Below are positions 11,903 through 25,792 of a DNA stretch of 64,000 bases, in pieces. Position 1 is the stretch's first letter, and each line of letters begins with the position of its first letter. The translations under genes and the position numbers were made by a program. Origin of the DNA: Dudresnaya verticillata (Eukaryota); assembly GCA_977862235.1 (NCBI GenBank), contig OZ374559.1, positions 124,001 to 188,000 on the forward strand, given 5' to 3'. The notes under the pieces were generated by a model. The model was not told where the DNA came from. It saw only the letters and a program-made list of their open reading frames with translations, and did no database searches.

Positions 11903-13249
11903 ACTTTCACCGAACGCCGCGCCACGGAAAACGCGTGCCGCGACCAGCCGAAAGCGCGATGCCTAACGGACCCCTGCGCTGGCGATCACCCGTGTGGCTT
12001 CTCCTGCTGAATCAGTACGCAGATTGTCCCCTTGCAAATTGACGCCGTGCTCCACTACGAACGCGACTTTAAGAGCATCGGCATCCGGGCCTTCTGCATG
12101 GCTTTCGCCTCGAAGAATCCAGACATGTTTGGCTTTGACGGCTCTCACTTCAGCTTCCAGGGCGAGCAAGTGTGAACAGCAAGGCAGAGCCTACAAACTG
12201 TTTGGACAGGCCGGTGGTGAGACCATGGTCGCTCGCATACGCGAGACGGGCAATGGCCATCGTATTCGCCACACTTTCTTTAATGCTTTTGGTCTCCAGA
12301 CTGCCGATGCGTACGGTCTGGAACACATAATTCGCTTCGAGGGCGACGACCTCGTCCCAGTGAGTTTGAAAGATACTTCCACGTGAGATGTTTAGACAAT
12401 TTCTCGTCTCCTGAGACGCAAAATCCCGTATATGCTGTTAGCAGCTCGAAGGGACGAGTGGCGGCACGCATGGATCGGTGAGTGGGTGTATCAGTGTGGG
12501 TGGCGGCTGTGTGCGGCTATGTACCAAACCGCAATGGAGCTCATGAATTTGCTGGAACGTTCCGACGGCGGCAGACGTAACCGTTCACCCTGGGAGCTCT
12601 CGCTGCTTCCGTCTCCTCCTACATGGTCCTCTTCGTTCCTCGAAATGTCATTCTGTTCTATTGATACGGGTTATGGTTAACAAAAATAGTAGTTGCGATT
12701 CAATTGATACGAGTTGTGATTATCAAAAATAGTAGTTGCGATTCACAACACTTAGTATACAGCATAAAAGTTGGGCTCTTGTCTTATACATCCTTTCTAC
12801 GCCCACAAGGTACGTTGTGCGTTACCCTCCTTTCGAGAAACTAAACCACAGTTTATCTATCGCAGGCCCTCTCGGAGACAACGTGTGTGTAATCTACTTG
12901 TGAGTTCGGACAAACAGAAAACGTTCCTTCTGGTCGATTATTAGAAGGGGTAGCTATTGTGCTCACGGAAGTGGCACTTGTCTCTCCAGAGGTGAGGAGC
13001 TCTCATCAGTACTCCCCATCCTGAAACAAGCACAGAAACGACATGGCAAATATTCACATGTATTCTAACGCCGTAAAGAAATAGCGTTTCCTGTATTGTG
13101 TTCTGGCAGAAGTCCAACGCGCTTGTTCAGCGTTTTTTGATCCCCCTCCCTTGATAGAGGATGATTTTGCAACCTCGACAAAAGCCTTCACTCCCACTCC
13201 TTCGCTCTTCTCGGAAGCTAGCATGAAAAAAAAACTGCGATGCAATTCG

Positions 13250-14272
13250 GCGGGGATTAGAGCTTAGTCGTGCTTGGCAAGAAACCTACCGGCGCAAGCA
13301 CGAGACCTACTACCAAACGGAACATAAGTTCCAGGCCAGACTTTGTCACCCTCTATACGAGAAGTTCTGTAGACCCACCGTTCCGGACCAAATCCCAACG
13401 GATCGCGCCATATTTTGGGGTCCAGGTGTGCCCAGCTTTGAAGACTCATCACCAATGCCCCCTCTGGGATCTTGGTTCCGCCATTGCGTAATATTACCGG
13501 TCTTGCGGACTGCTTGATTGTTGCAGTTACATACCCTGTTCAGGTACGGAGGCTCTCAAACGTTCCGTCTAGATAAAGGGCGGTTAAACAGCTGGTCTCT
13601 AAAGCGGGTAGAAACTTCAGTCCCTGTCAAGTATTCAACATTAGAGTTTCTGCAAGTCTCGTAAACAGCCTAGGATAAGGCCTGGTCAGTTGAAACGTAT
13701 CTGGAGAGAGCAAATTCGACGACCAGGGAGGTTTCCAACGTCATGTCTCCCTTGCTGATGACTATGATCGAGTACAAGAGATCTGAAGAGTGAGGCTCTG
13801 TTTCTTGTTTCGTCTCCACCAGTCTTGTCCGGATAAAGTATGTGAACAAGTGTCCGGATAAAGTATGTGAACAAGTGTTGACAAATATTTTGAACACTTT
13901 GTTCGTTCTCAAGCACGTGTTTCCTCTCTCCAAACGTTCAGGAGTATCGGCGCAATGGGTACATAATTATTTCGCCCATGGTTTCCTTCACGAATGAGTC
14001 TAGACACAATGATAAAGCTATTCTCTGGTCGCGGTCCATTTCAGCACCGAAGCCAATTCCCATTTGTGTTCGAGATGTTGTTAGACCGAAAAGGGCGGAT
14101 ATCGACGGTATTCGACGGACCTCCCTTCGGAGACTTGTCTAAAATCGCATGCATGAGAGTCGCACAGCTCTGCCACAACATTGTTCACAGTTGCTTCGAA
14201 TACGAACAGGGTTGAGTGATTAAAGTGCCGGTGTAATAGTTTTCTGGCGCCGTCGTAATGAGCACATAGCAA
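13250..14272 (-). pseudogene. Cytochrome P450 pseudogene
   Basis: ExxR (ESLR near 13550), PERW and heme motif PFGSRSRACAG on the minus strand; fragmented by stops and frameshifts; boundaries approximate. Confidence 0.75.
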
Positions 14273-14459
14273 GGTGACAAAAAGGTAGGTATCTGTTTGA
14301 TCCCTGCCATGGCTGTCTTACAGGACAGGATAAAAGGTTAATAACGTCGGATGGGTTGCAGAAAACGGACAGAAAGGACAGAAAAGAAGGGCAAAAAGAG
14401 GGGAAGAAGAGGAAAAGAAGCGCAGAAAGTTGCAGAAGCGTCGCGTCAGGGCTGGTGAC

Positions 14460-15240
14460 CAGGGCTGTCGTGCAATTAATAGCAGTAGCAATATATTGCA
14501 ATATACAATAGCAATGGCATATTGAGTTGCTGAGATTATAGCAAATTGCAATTCTTGTTGCAGTGACAATGTATATTGGAATACCTATTGGGTTAAGTTA
14601 AGTGGTAATATTAGAAGCCCTGTTGCTAAAAGCAGTATATATAACCATTTGATGGGTTTTGCGGGGGAGCGGTATCTGTAGAGTTTGATCCCGAGAATAT
14701 AGCGTTTTCTAGCCCCATGCTGTAAATTACATCGTACCAAATCATTGCTACTTTATCACTAACAAGTTGCCAGGTCTGCTTTCTCGCCAACAGTATCATC
14801 GTCGTCGATGATGCACCATGACTTATAATTTACAAGTCATCGATCATTCAGCGTTTAGCCAAGAAGCGAAAGGTACCCTGGAAACTAGATGCTTTTATCA
14901 ACTGCAACTTTATTCTTAGATCCGTTGCCGAGGTTGACCGGCTCAGGAGCATTGCGGAGCACGTGCTAACTGACAATCGCAAGGCGATGACCACCAAGTT
15001 TTTGAAGCTATTATTTTCCTCAAAATGAATGAACAGTTTTGACATCGCATTACACAAACGTTAACATGGATCCCCATGCTTCCTTCGCACTATCTAAGTC
15101 TATTGCAAACTTATTGCACGACGTAGGCATATTCTGCAGATGTTACTGGGGCATGGTGGCGGCTATATAGCAATATAGATTGCCGAAGGGGAGAGTATTG
15201 GTGCAACAATAATTTGCAATGCTATTGCTTGCAGCCATTG
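14460..15240 (-). mobile_element. Possible degenerate hAT DNA transposon remnant
   Basis: ORF 14848-15057 (FKNLVVIALRLSVSTCSA...LQLIK) resembles the hAT C-terminal dimerisation motif; the flanks are GCAAT-rich with loose inverted similarity. Confidence 0.35.
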
Positions 15241-15518
15241 TCCTAGAGGCTGGTTTTTATGTTGCTTTGTAACTTGGTGAATTGATAGCTACGTAAGCCA
15301 TTGGAGTAATACAGCACGAATGCCAGCATTAGCTACAAATGCTACAGTACGGTACTAATGCTATGAATTATTGTAATCGTGCTCTTTGTTAGAAAGCAGG
15401 ATGAATCGTGAAATGATGTTGGCTAAGCTACACAGCTATGGATGTTGGACACGGTGGTCGAGCTGGAAATGAATTTACTCATGACATGGCGGACGACAGA
15501 TGAGATATACGACGTTTT

Positions 15519-15788
15519 TGTTGGCGCAATGAGGTTCAATGTGACACGAACTCATCACGGTCAACATGCACCACAACAATGCAGTTTACCTGACAATGAC
15601 AGAAGTGCAGAAACTCTCCGGCCCTGCTTTTCAGGAGACTCCCCCGGAATTATCACCCGGAGAGGACTCTCCTGCAGTGCAAGCAAAGGTTCGAAAATGT
15701 AGTAGTAGGACTTTGCTTACCGTATAAAGACCAGCCAGAAACAGGGAGTAGCCCAGACTGGTTGGCACATCAACACACAAATCTAACA
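15519..15788 (+). repeat. 5' LTR of copia (270 bp)
   Basis: Direct repeat of 20054-20323; only two mismatches noticed, both near the start. Confidence 0.95.
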
Positions 15789-18700
15789 GGTTATGGGGTT
15801 CTAGTACGCGCAATTCCATCTGCGCTTGTCGTACCGTCTATCGTTTCGTAACAACTCGTCGTTTCGTTTTTTTTCGTCCGTCTTCCCACAACATGGATTC
15901 TGAAAGTGGGACAGACCTCTCTCGTTATCGTATTGAGAAGCTTACATCCCAGAACTACTACATATGGTCTCGTAAAATCGAGCTAGTACTTCGTGCCAAG
16001 GGGCTTTGGGGAATCGTGTCAGGCACCGAGAAGAAGCCGGAAGGTGCCTCCGTCGACGAAGGTGAAACGTTTCAGCGTCGCCATGATGTCGCTCTTACAA
16101 ACTTACTACTCACTGTGGACGACTCAATTAGCGCCCGTGTAATTGGCTTACGTGACGCTAAGCAAGTTTGGGACACTCTTGAGTCTATGTTTCAAGTTAT
16201 TTCGGAGGCATCAATTGATGCCTATCTGACGCAGTACCAGACAGTTACCATGTTGCCGACGGAGAATATTATGAGCTACGTAAATCGGTTGACTAACCTG
16301 GAGCATAAGTTAACATCAGTTGGACATTCAATATCTGAGCGAGATCGCAAAAGGGCCTTATTACGAGGACTTAGAGAGGACTATCATGCTGTGAAGAAAG
16401 TAATGATGATCTCAGGCACAAAGTATGAAGAATGTATCTCACAACTCGTCCTTGAGGAAATCAACATTTTGCAAGATGACGTTAGCACGGAACATAGACA
16501 GTTCTACTGCATTGGCAGCAACACAAAACAGAAAGAAGAAATGCCACTACTGTGGACGACTCGGTCATATCAAGCCCGACTGTTTTGATAATCCAGAGAG
16601 CCCTCGCTATCGACCTTGTGATGCAAATGGAAAACCACAAGGCATCTTCCGCGACCCGCGCTCGAAACAGAAGAATACAGAAACAGTCAATTATGCTAAC
16701 ACCGCTACTAGTGGGTCAAATTACATCACGTTCATCTCAAAATGTGCAACCTCTAACCCTACTGTCCTTGCCTCGCCACCTTATGAATGGTATATTGATT
16801 CTGGTTGTTCCTCGCATATGACGAACAACTCAGAGCACTTCATTACCCAGAATATCAGCCAAAGCCCATCATCTGTAATGGTAGGGAACGGCAACCGATC
16901 TCCAGTTGTTGCCATTGGTGACTTGTTGTGTGTCGCGAGAGTCGGCGACCGTGATGTCAACATCCAAATGACCAATGTCCTACATGTTCTAGGACTCATG
17001 TGCAACCTGATCTCAGTTAGTCGTCTTCGCAAGCAGGGACATCGCGTTATCTTCGAGACAGATACCAACGGCCAAGTAATCTGTACTGTATCAGGATCCC
17101 GTAGCAATGATGTTATTCTTCAAGGCCTCGAACACGAGGACGGACTGTATCGAGTCACCATGAATCCAACAAAGGTGGAAGCTGACACTCACACTGCTGC
17201 CATTTCCGTCGAAGCCAAACAGAATCTATGGCATGAACGGCTGGGGCACGTTAGTCCTGAAACGATTCAGCGTTCCCTTCCACTAGTCAATGGTCTTGAC
17301 ATATCTCAATGCAAGTTTCCATCAAAGTGCGATAGTTGTCTCAAGGGAAAATCGACTCGAAAAGTACGTTTTGAGGCCACAGATGAAGAACAGAAGTCTA
17401 CAAAACCGTTACATCTTGTCCACTCTGATTTAGTTGGCCCCTCTCGTCGCCGATCCATCAAGGGTGCACGGCATTTCGTGACTCTACTCGATGACCACAG
17501 TTCCTTGTCTCTCGTACATTTCATCTCCGGGAAGGGAGATGCCAGCAAAGCACTGAAAGAGATGCTAGTAGAATTGGAAACTGTATTCGGCTCTAAGGTC
17601 AAACGAATAATAGCCCGTCGTGTAACTGCAGACGCTTACGACCCCGAATTTATACGTGTCAAGAGGATGCGTAGTGATAATGGCGGGGAATTCCTCTCCA
17701 ACAAGTTCAAGAAATGGCTCTCTAATCGAGGTACAGTTCACGAATTAACCTCTTCGTACTCCCCGGAGTCTAGCGGAAAGGCCGAACGACTCAACCGTAC
17801 CTTGCTAGACATGGCTCGAACAATGCTCATGGCTGTTTCAGACATTCCTGACCATGAATCACTGTGGGCTGAAGCTGTAAACACAGCTAACTACCTTCGA
17901 AACCGGCTGTATACCCGTTCACGCAATTCGTCCAACCAGACCCCGTACGAAGTTATTATGGGCAAGAAGCCAAATCTAGCCCACATCCGCAAGTTTGGCT
18001 GCCGAGCGTATGTCCATATTCCCAAAGCAACCAGGAAAAGCAAATTCGAACCACGGGCCAAGGTAGGCCTCCTGGTTGGTTATGAAAGAGGCAACAGTTA
18101 CAAAGTCTACTTCGTTACCGATGGCAAAGTTGTTTCTTCCCGAGATTTTAGCTGCGATGAGACCTACACAGGTCTTGACGCTATGTCAGAGCCAGAAGAG
18201 GAAACCAAACATAGCTTTATGGAACTACCTGACCCGGAGGATGACGACAATTCCCTCCAGGTCTCGCGGACGACTCCGATGACGAAGAAGGAGAACTCCA
18301 GTCCGATCACGAAGACGAAGAGGATAGGGACAGAAGCTCCCCTAGTTCCGTTAATACTGAAGAACTTACCCACTTCCCACAATTGCGTCGCTGTAATCGT
18401 GTGTCGACAACTCCAGCGCGATACGGTGACATCGCATCAATTGCACTTAACGTACGACTGGGAAATGAATCAGCAGAGGTTCCGACCACATACAAAGAGG
18501 CCGTAGGCGGCCCTGAAAAGGATCAATGGGTTCAGGCTATGAATGAAGAGATTGCTGAGATCGAGCGTAAGAGTACATGGATGCTTGTTCCTCTCCCGAC
18601 GGATGCCAAGGCCGTCCAGAACAGGTGGGTTTATTTCAAGAAGCGAGACGTTGACCACCGGGTATCTCGATATCGAGCACGCCTCGTAGCAAAAGGATTT

Positions 18701-20053
18701 TCACAGCAGTATGGAATTGACTATGAAGAAACATTTGCACCTGTAGCCAAATACTCCACGCTCCGTTTCCTTCTCTCCTTGGTAGCGGATGAGGACTTAC
18801 AGATAATGCAACTGGATGTGAAGGCTGCGTTTCTCAACGGCGACCTTGACGAGGTCATCTACATGAAACAACCTGAGGGTTTCGTGAACAATGAAAAACG
18901 TGATTTTGTCTACCGCCTCCTGAAAGCGCTCTACGGTCTGAAGCAAGCCTCGCGTGTCTGGCATCGAACAATCGATACACTTCTTAATACACTGGGTTTC
19001 TTTCAGTCTGAGTCTGACGCTAGCCTCTACATCCTTGTCGTCGACTCTATCCGTTTGTTCGTTTTAGTCTACGTAGATGATATGCTGCTCGTCAGTGCCA
19101 GCCTCTCATTAATGCGCAAGATAACTACCTCTATTGCCGACAAGGTAGATATCCGCGTCGAGAAGAGTGTGACGAAGTTTTTAGGTATCATCATTCATCG
19201 TAACCGTGATCTACGTTGCATTCAGGTATCCAGTCCACACATGATCCGCGAGATGGTTTCTAAGTTCGGATTAAAGCATGCCAAGTCTACAACTACTCCA
19301 TTGCCACCTGGCACAATTCTGGAAATCCCAAACGTCACCGATGAGGGGGAATGGGAACCAGCATCGGTACCGTTCCGCGAATTGGTTGGAGGTTCGTGCA
19401 CCTTGCCAACACTACCCGGCCAGACATCGCGTTTGCAACTTCATATCTCTCCCGTTTCATGCAAAAGCCTTCTAAAGTACACTGGAATGCCGCCAAGTAT
19501 GTCCTTCGTTACCTGAAAGGTACAGAAGAGAATGGTATCTCCTTTGGATCAAGGAGCAAAGATTGCGTAGGGTTGCATGGATTTACTGATTCTGACTTTG
19601 CCGGAGATCGCATTGAGAGGAAATGAACAAGTGGATTTGTTTACCTGAGTTGCGGTGGGGCTATTTCATGGCGTAGCAAGAAATAAAATATAGTAGCACA
19701 GTCGAGTGTCGAATATGTTGCGACTTCATTTGCCGTTCGTGAGGCTTTATGGCTTCAACGACTGAAAAAGGACTTTTGCGCAGATGCCGACAAGACTGTC
19801 ACATTATACACCGACAATCAAGGTTCGATGGCGCTCGCAAAGAACAGTGTCTCTAACGAACGCACGAAACACATCGATGTCAAGTACCATTTCATTCGTG
19901 ACCACATCCAGAAAGCGTCTATCGAACTAAAGTACATCTCAACCGAGAATATGGTGGCAGACGTTATGACCAAGGACTTGCAGAAGTTCAAACATACAAA
20001 GTTCACAAGTATGATGGGCATCTCATTCGACCGCTGTTAAGTTCGAGGGGGAA

Positions 20054-20323
20054 TGTTGGCACAATGATGTTCAATGTGACACGAACTCATCACGGTCAAC
20101 ATGCACCACAACAATGCAGTTTACCTGACAATGACAGAAGTGCAGAAACTCTCCGGCCCTGCTTTTCAGGAGACTCCCCCGGAATTATCACCCGGAGAGG
20201 ACTCTCCTGCAGTGCAAGCAAAGGTTCGAAAATGTAGTAGTAGGACTTTGCTTACCGTATAAAGACCAGCCAGAAACAGGGAGTAGCCCAGACTGGTTGG
20301 CACATCAACACACAAATCTAACA
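20054..20323 (+). repeat. 3' LTR of copia (270 bp)
   Basis: Direct repeat of 15519-15788, preceded by a polypurine tract. Confidence 0.95.
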
Positions 20324-20381
20324 GTTTTACCGTCTAGCTAGGATTTACTATTTTCATTTAGAGGGACTGTTGCCTTTGGAT

Positions 20382-20507
20382 AGAGAGAGGAGACCTTTAT
20401 TAAAGAACAAGAGAGAATCCCCTTAAGGGGGCTTAGGGTGCAGATCTACCATAACGAGGCGGAGGAGCAAGCTTGCGGCGGTTGACACTCACCGCGACGC
20501 ATTGAGA
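20382..20507 (-). mobile_element. 3' fragment of the same RLE LINE family as 3498-4684
   Basis: Reverse complement closely matches ~4563-4687 (end of ORF, CCCCTTAAGGGG palindrome, AATAAAGG TC tail). Confidence 0.88.
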
Positions 20508-20509
20508 CA

Positions 20510-23500
20510 TGTAAACTCCGCGGTGTATTCTTCCTTGAAAACTGTGTTCTTGATTCTTCCTTGAAAACTGTGTTGTCCCTTCTCGACCTTCCGCCGAGAT
20601 GGAGCAGTATTTATACTAATCCTTGTTCCTCCTCCTCCCCAGAGCGGTCGGGTGAGGAGTAGAACTGTAATCAGTTCTAGAACAGTAGCCCTACAAGCTG
20701 AAAACTACCGCAACCTGGACAGTGATTTGCAAGCGATTTCCTGCCGTAACGTAAATAATACTCTACAAGCGGTAGTGCACAGCACAGTAAACTATACCCT
20801 ACAAGCCGTAACTCCCAGCAACGGATACAATACTCTACAAATTGAGTGCCCGTTACAGAGCTTAAAGAAGACACCGTTCGTTCCACGAACGGAGTAACTC
20901 ATGGCTTGAAGATCTCCAAGTCCAATCTCTCTACAAGGCCCCATGCATGCGTGCTTATGCGTATGCATTAATTAAGAGAGATCTGCAAATCTTTGCACGC
21001 CTTCTTGGAGAGCTTGCGTTTGTTAGTTCCAGACAGGAATTCTTTCACCTTTTCCGGCTCGTCCTCGTAAAGCTGTTGTAGAGATTGCATGTCCAATGAG
21101 GACGGTCTGGCTGACCGAGCCATTGCACTTGAATAAATATCCCATCATGCGCATCTCCAATATCAAGCAGCTTGTTGACCATTTCGAAATGGGACTCGGT
21201 ATGCTGAGCCTCGCGAAGTAGTTCTGTGGATACAGGAGCACCATCCATCTTCGTTCTGTACAGCATAAGCCTTGCTGCATGTACCACCTCCACTTTTTCA
21301 TCTGTCAAACCGGTGACCTCATAAACAGAATGACTGATCGTACGTGAAATTCTTCGCGGACCAAGCCATTGAAATTGCAGCTTGTGACTCTTGTCTTGGG
21401 CTCTTCGGACCACAACGAAGTCCCCAACATCAAAGTGTGGTGTTACCACGTTAGTGCGTGTGTTATGGTGGTCTACCTGCTTGCGTCGGGACTTGGTTAC
21501 CCGCTGAGATACCTCTTTGTGCATATGCCCCAGTGCATTTTGTAGTGCATCAATCTTGATAAGCTACCTTGCCCTAACTTGGGTAATTTCCTCAATATCA
21601 CTAGTACCTTCATACGTTATTGGCAACGTCCTGCGAGTAGGCCTAATCCCAGTTATGACTTCTAAGGGTGTGCGGTATGTTCCATCTTCACGCATCCCCA
21701 ATCTCTTCATCGGTGCCTCGTTCAAAGCAAACATAACTATATCAATCACCAGGGACCAGTCATGCGGACAGAGCTGGAGCTCGGATAGGAGTGTCGTGCA
21801 CGCCGCAAGAATGTGTCTCATACAAACTTCAACTGTTCCATTAACCCAAGGAGAGCAGGCTACAGTAAATTGATGCGTAATATTATACAACTTCGCCATT
21901 TTCTCCATACCTTTGTTTTTAAAATGCGACCCTTGGTCGCTCATCCAATATTCCATTGCCGTGAACACCCTAATCCATCTTGAGATGTGCTTTGCGGCAG
22001 CCGCTGAGGTCGCTGCTACGCAGGGGCAAAGCCACACATAAGTTGAGAGGTCATTCCTTATCAACAACACATAGTGGAGCCCATCCTTTCCAATCCGCAT
22101 GAAAATAAAATCAAAGTGTATAACCTCATTGGGATTTGTCCCGTGAAGGGTCAATGATATCGGCCGTGGTACCCGTTGACATCCCTTGGAAATAATGCAG
22201 TGCAGGCACCCGGCCACAGACTCCCGAACCTCGTTCCCCATCGAAGCCCAGAATAAATCCCCTTTAATCGACTCAGTGTCGAGTCACAGCCACGATGCCC
22301 GACATCCCCGCAGTGATTAATGACCAAAAGATTCATCTAAAGCTCAATATCTTTCTCTGGTATCCAAATGCGGCCATTCTTCCTCCACAGTCCATCGTTA
22401 CCACACATATGTCTCCAGGACGTTTCTCGGCATCGCCTTGCACCTTTTTGATCACATCCTTAGTAGGCTTATCAAATGCTTGACTACTTCGGGTCCATAC
22501 TAAGTCTTCTGACCTCATCAAACTTGCGATGCGCCTTGCCGTCCTGCGCTTTCCACGATACCCTGCGTACCATCTTGTCATCAAATCAGCAGCAACATTT
22601 CTTTCGCCGCTTATACGTTCTATCGTGTACATGAATCTCGATAAGAACAGTGCCCATCTTTGCACCTTGTTCACAATATGTCTTCCTAGCATTGGATTCA
22701 GAGAAGTCGGGTTATAGATGAACAAAAGGTTTCGATGATCTGTAAATAAGGGCATGTCATCTTCGCATGCCAACATCAAATCCATTTTCTCGAATGGTTG
22801 GAAGACTGCGTAGGCCTCTTTTTCAAAAGTACTCCAGTTATTGAAAGCCTAACCTAGAAATGCCAGTAGTTCATGCCTTTGATCCTCTACTGGAAGACAC
22901 AAACAACTTTCATTACACTGAATCAATAAGCCGCCCAATGCTCATCAGAAGCATCTGTAATCGCACAGACCGCCTTGGACTGATCCATATGGGCAAGGTC
23001 TAACTGCCTTCTTCAACTGTTCTTGTAAGTTATCGAAAGCGTTCGAATGCAAAGGGCCCCAGGACAACGATGATAGCCCTATGCCCTGAATGTAATGTGA
23101 TGTACGTTTTCCTGATTGAGCATACGCTTGTTCAAGCAAAACTCTCAGCGGTGCAACCCTCGAAGCAAAGTCAGGTATGTAATTTGACATCCACTGCAGA
23201 CAGTTGACGAACTGCGACAATTCTGCAGCTTTCACCGGGTAGAATCCTGATTTCAACCCACTTAAGTGTCGGGGGTCACACTCCACCCCGCCATCATCGA
23301 CAACGTAACCGCACCACTGCAGCTTACGGTCAAACAGTACAGACTTCTTAGCAGAGATTTTGAGTTTTCGTTCCTTGCAAATCGTAAAGAAACTACCCAG
23401 GTGGGCAAAAAGCCCTTCTTCTGAGTCGGCATGGACTCCAAAGTCATCCAACCATGCTTTCACAGCCTTTCCCACAGACTGGAAGCAAGGTTCAACTCGA

Positions 23501-25792
23501 GATTAGAAATTCTGGACTGCATTCATGCCACCCTGCAATGTCCTCGTAGGCTTGTAGACTCCAGCAGGTGTCAAGAAACTGTGGTACCCTTGGCTTTCCT
23601 CGTGCAGTGGCATTTTACCAGTAGCCAGCACAAAAATCTATGCTGTTGAGATATCCACTTCCCGCAAAGTCTAGGAGCTCGGACTGTATATGTGGCATAG
23701 GCCAGGCAACTGACTTTTTACACTGGTTAACACGCCGAAGATCGAATGTCGTACGGTACTTGTTAGAGCCAGGTTTTTGCACCAGCAAGGGTGGTGATGT
23801 CCACTCTGCATTCTTGTTGGGCACAGCCATACCAAACTGTACTAGTCCGTCAACCAGTCTCTTCATATAGTCCCTCTGCTCTGCTGGATAGCGACGAGCT
23901 TTGAACATGTATGACTCGGCATCTGGAATCATAGTTATGCGCATCGGGTCAACTTTGGTAGGCGGCCCTGGACCGAGCCGGACCCGAAACACATAACGAA
24001 ACTCTGCCAACATGTCTTCCAACTTGTCCTTGCCAGCATTTGAGATTCCACTTTCGACAGCGGATGACAACATTCCTTGGAGTGCCTCATCAAGCTCCTG
24101 CTTGGTGTCTACACCCAACTCCGTTCGTTGTTCAGATAGACCAGCCTCATCCGAATTCTCCGCGGCGCGGTCTGAATGAAACACACCTGAAGAGAGAATT
24201 CTTTCAATAGAACCTTCGGGGTAGTCCCTATCCATGACCTCGGAAGCGTCAACATCTAAACGATATATATCACATGCAGCCTCCATGACCTTCTTCGTAT
24301 CAAGTCCTAAAGCTTGTTGTATTGGCCTGCACAGTAGCGGTTCGTCCGCGCGCTCAACAGCAACGAACCATTGAAGGTCCGAATCATCAACGACTTCCCA
24401 TGCCTGATATGTAGTTCAATGTTCATGACAGCTTCCCGGTTGCAACTCACAAATAATTCAGATGCGGCGAGTGCGAACTTCTTAGGGGTGCTGAATTCCC
24501 GCACAGTCATCTCTGCTCGTCGTTCAACAAGCTCGGCTAATACATTAGATGGGAGCAAGTTGATGTCTGAACCCCCATCAGCACATAACTTTGCATGAAC
24601 CATCCAAGCAAAATTAACCCCCATTATCGTAGCGTTGTTATCCTCATTACCATATCCTTGCCCTTCCTTACATGATACCTGCTTGACTTTCTGCCTTTTA
24701 ATCTCCATCAGCTCTCGAATGAGATCCTTAGCTCTTTCAGGACTCGTCTTTGGGCATTTGCGCACACCACCCTTGTGTTTTATACCCTTGGCTTTACAGT
24801 CCTCATTGAGGCACAGCAGCTCAGGAGAATTGTTATCACTTGAATCGCTCTGGATGTTCTTCTTTGACGAAGCACTGCCTTTCTCCTTGCCACCGCGGCC
24901 ACCCTTCGAACCAGACGCGTTTTGTTGGACATTCTTGTCATTACGTCCTTGGCCAGGGTTTAAACGAGCCTGGATGACGGATTCCTTCCGAAGCATAACT
25001 ACGTACACTTCAACATCCTTAACAATTCCAGGCTGATATTCTAGTCGGGCTTCCATTGCATTTTTAAGATGAGCGGGATACAAGCGCTCCTGGAGCAACT
25101 TGACCGTCTTTTTCGGATCACAGTCCTTCACGTCCCCATATCAGACACCTTCTAGACGTTGGAAGACACTGTGGACGTACTGCAATACCCGAGCCTTGGG
25201 ATCCACTATAGACATAGGCATACGAACATCCTTCAATGCTTCCTCTATGACCCTCGGGTCAATATCCTCATCTTTCTTCTTGGCCACAATTCCTTTCACA
25301 TAAGACTCAATAGGAGCAGAATTAAGCTCCGCAAATGCAACACCTTTTGCGACATCTCCCATTTATCCAAGTCCATGTAGCTTCTTCAACAAGCTGCGGT
25401 CCACGGAAACCTTGAAAGACGCAACCGACATGGGTGGAACCTCCTTCTGCTTCTCAACCACTTCATCAACGTAGCGCTCCCGCCCCCTCATGAACAATGA
25501 AACCTTGATAGGATCAATACTCCTCAGAACTGGATGCTGCACTGGGGCAAATAGAGCACTAGCTCCAAGTCCACTTGAAGCTGCAGAAATTTCGCCATCC
25601 TTTTCATCGCCTGACCCACTTTTTGTGATAGGCGGCATCTTGAACAAAGTGTTCCTACCGCTATCCTAGCGATAAAGTCAGTACACAACACGTTCTGGTC
25701 CCCTGCAGGTATAGCACAGAAATTTCTTTAGACTCCGCGGTGTGTTCTTCCTTGAAAACTGTGTTCTCGATTCTTCCTTGAAAACTGTGTTG
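20510..25792 (-). mobile_element. Degenerate Ty3/gypsy LTR retrotransposon with a chromodomain-like integrase tail
   Basis: Gag (25647-), protease-like CADGGSD, RT (TFDLRRVN, WLDD), RNase H (TDHRNL, NVAADLMTR), integrase (SDQGSHF, NGTVE), WLGPRRI and VQWLG chromo-like end. ~60-bp LTR-like repeat at ~20515-20575 and ~25732-25792. Confidence 0.88.

Larger units (their letters stand above)
15519..20323 (+). mobile_element. Full-length Ty1/copia LTR retrotransposon with frameshifted gag-pol
   Basis: TG...CA LTRs, 5-bp TSD GTTTT (15514-15518, 20324-20328), PBS-like GGTTATGGG at 15789, PPT GAGGGGGAA at 20045-20053. Gag CHYCGRLGHIKPDC, protease WYIDSGCS, integrase WHERLGH/RSDNGGEF, RT YVDD, RNase H TKHIDVKYH. 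Confidence 0.97.

Noticed and set aside
12660..12743. 43-bp tandem duplication
   Set aside because: Two copies only; not a CRISPR array.
13828..13878. Short perfect tandem duplication in the P450 pseudogene
   Set aside because: Simple slippage-type decay.
20685..20842. ~36-bp periodic CTACAAGC units that look CRISPR-like
   Set aside because: The intervening sequences are similar to each other, the array lies in the gypsy terminal region, and no cas genes are present.
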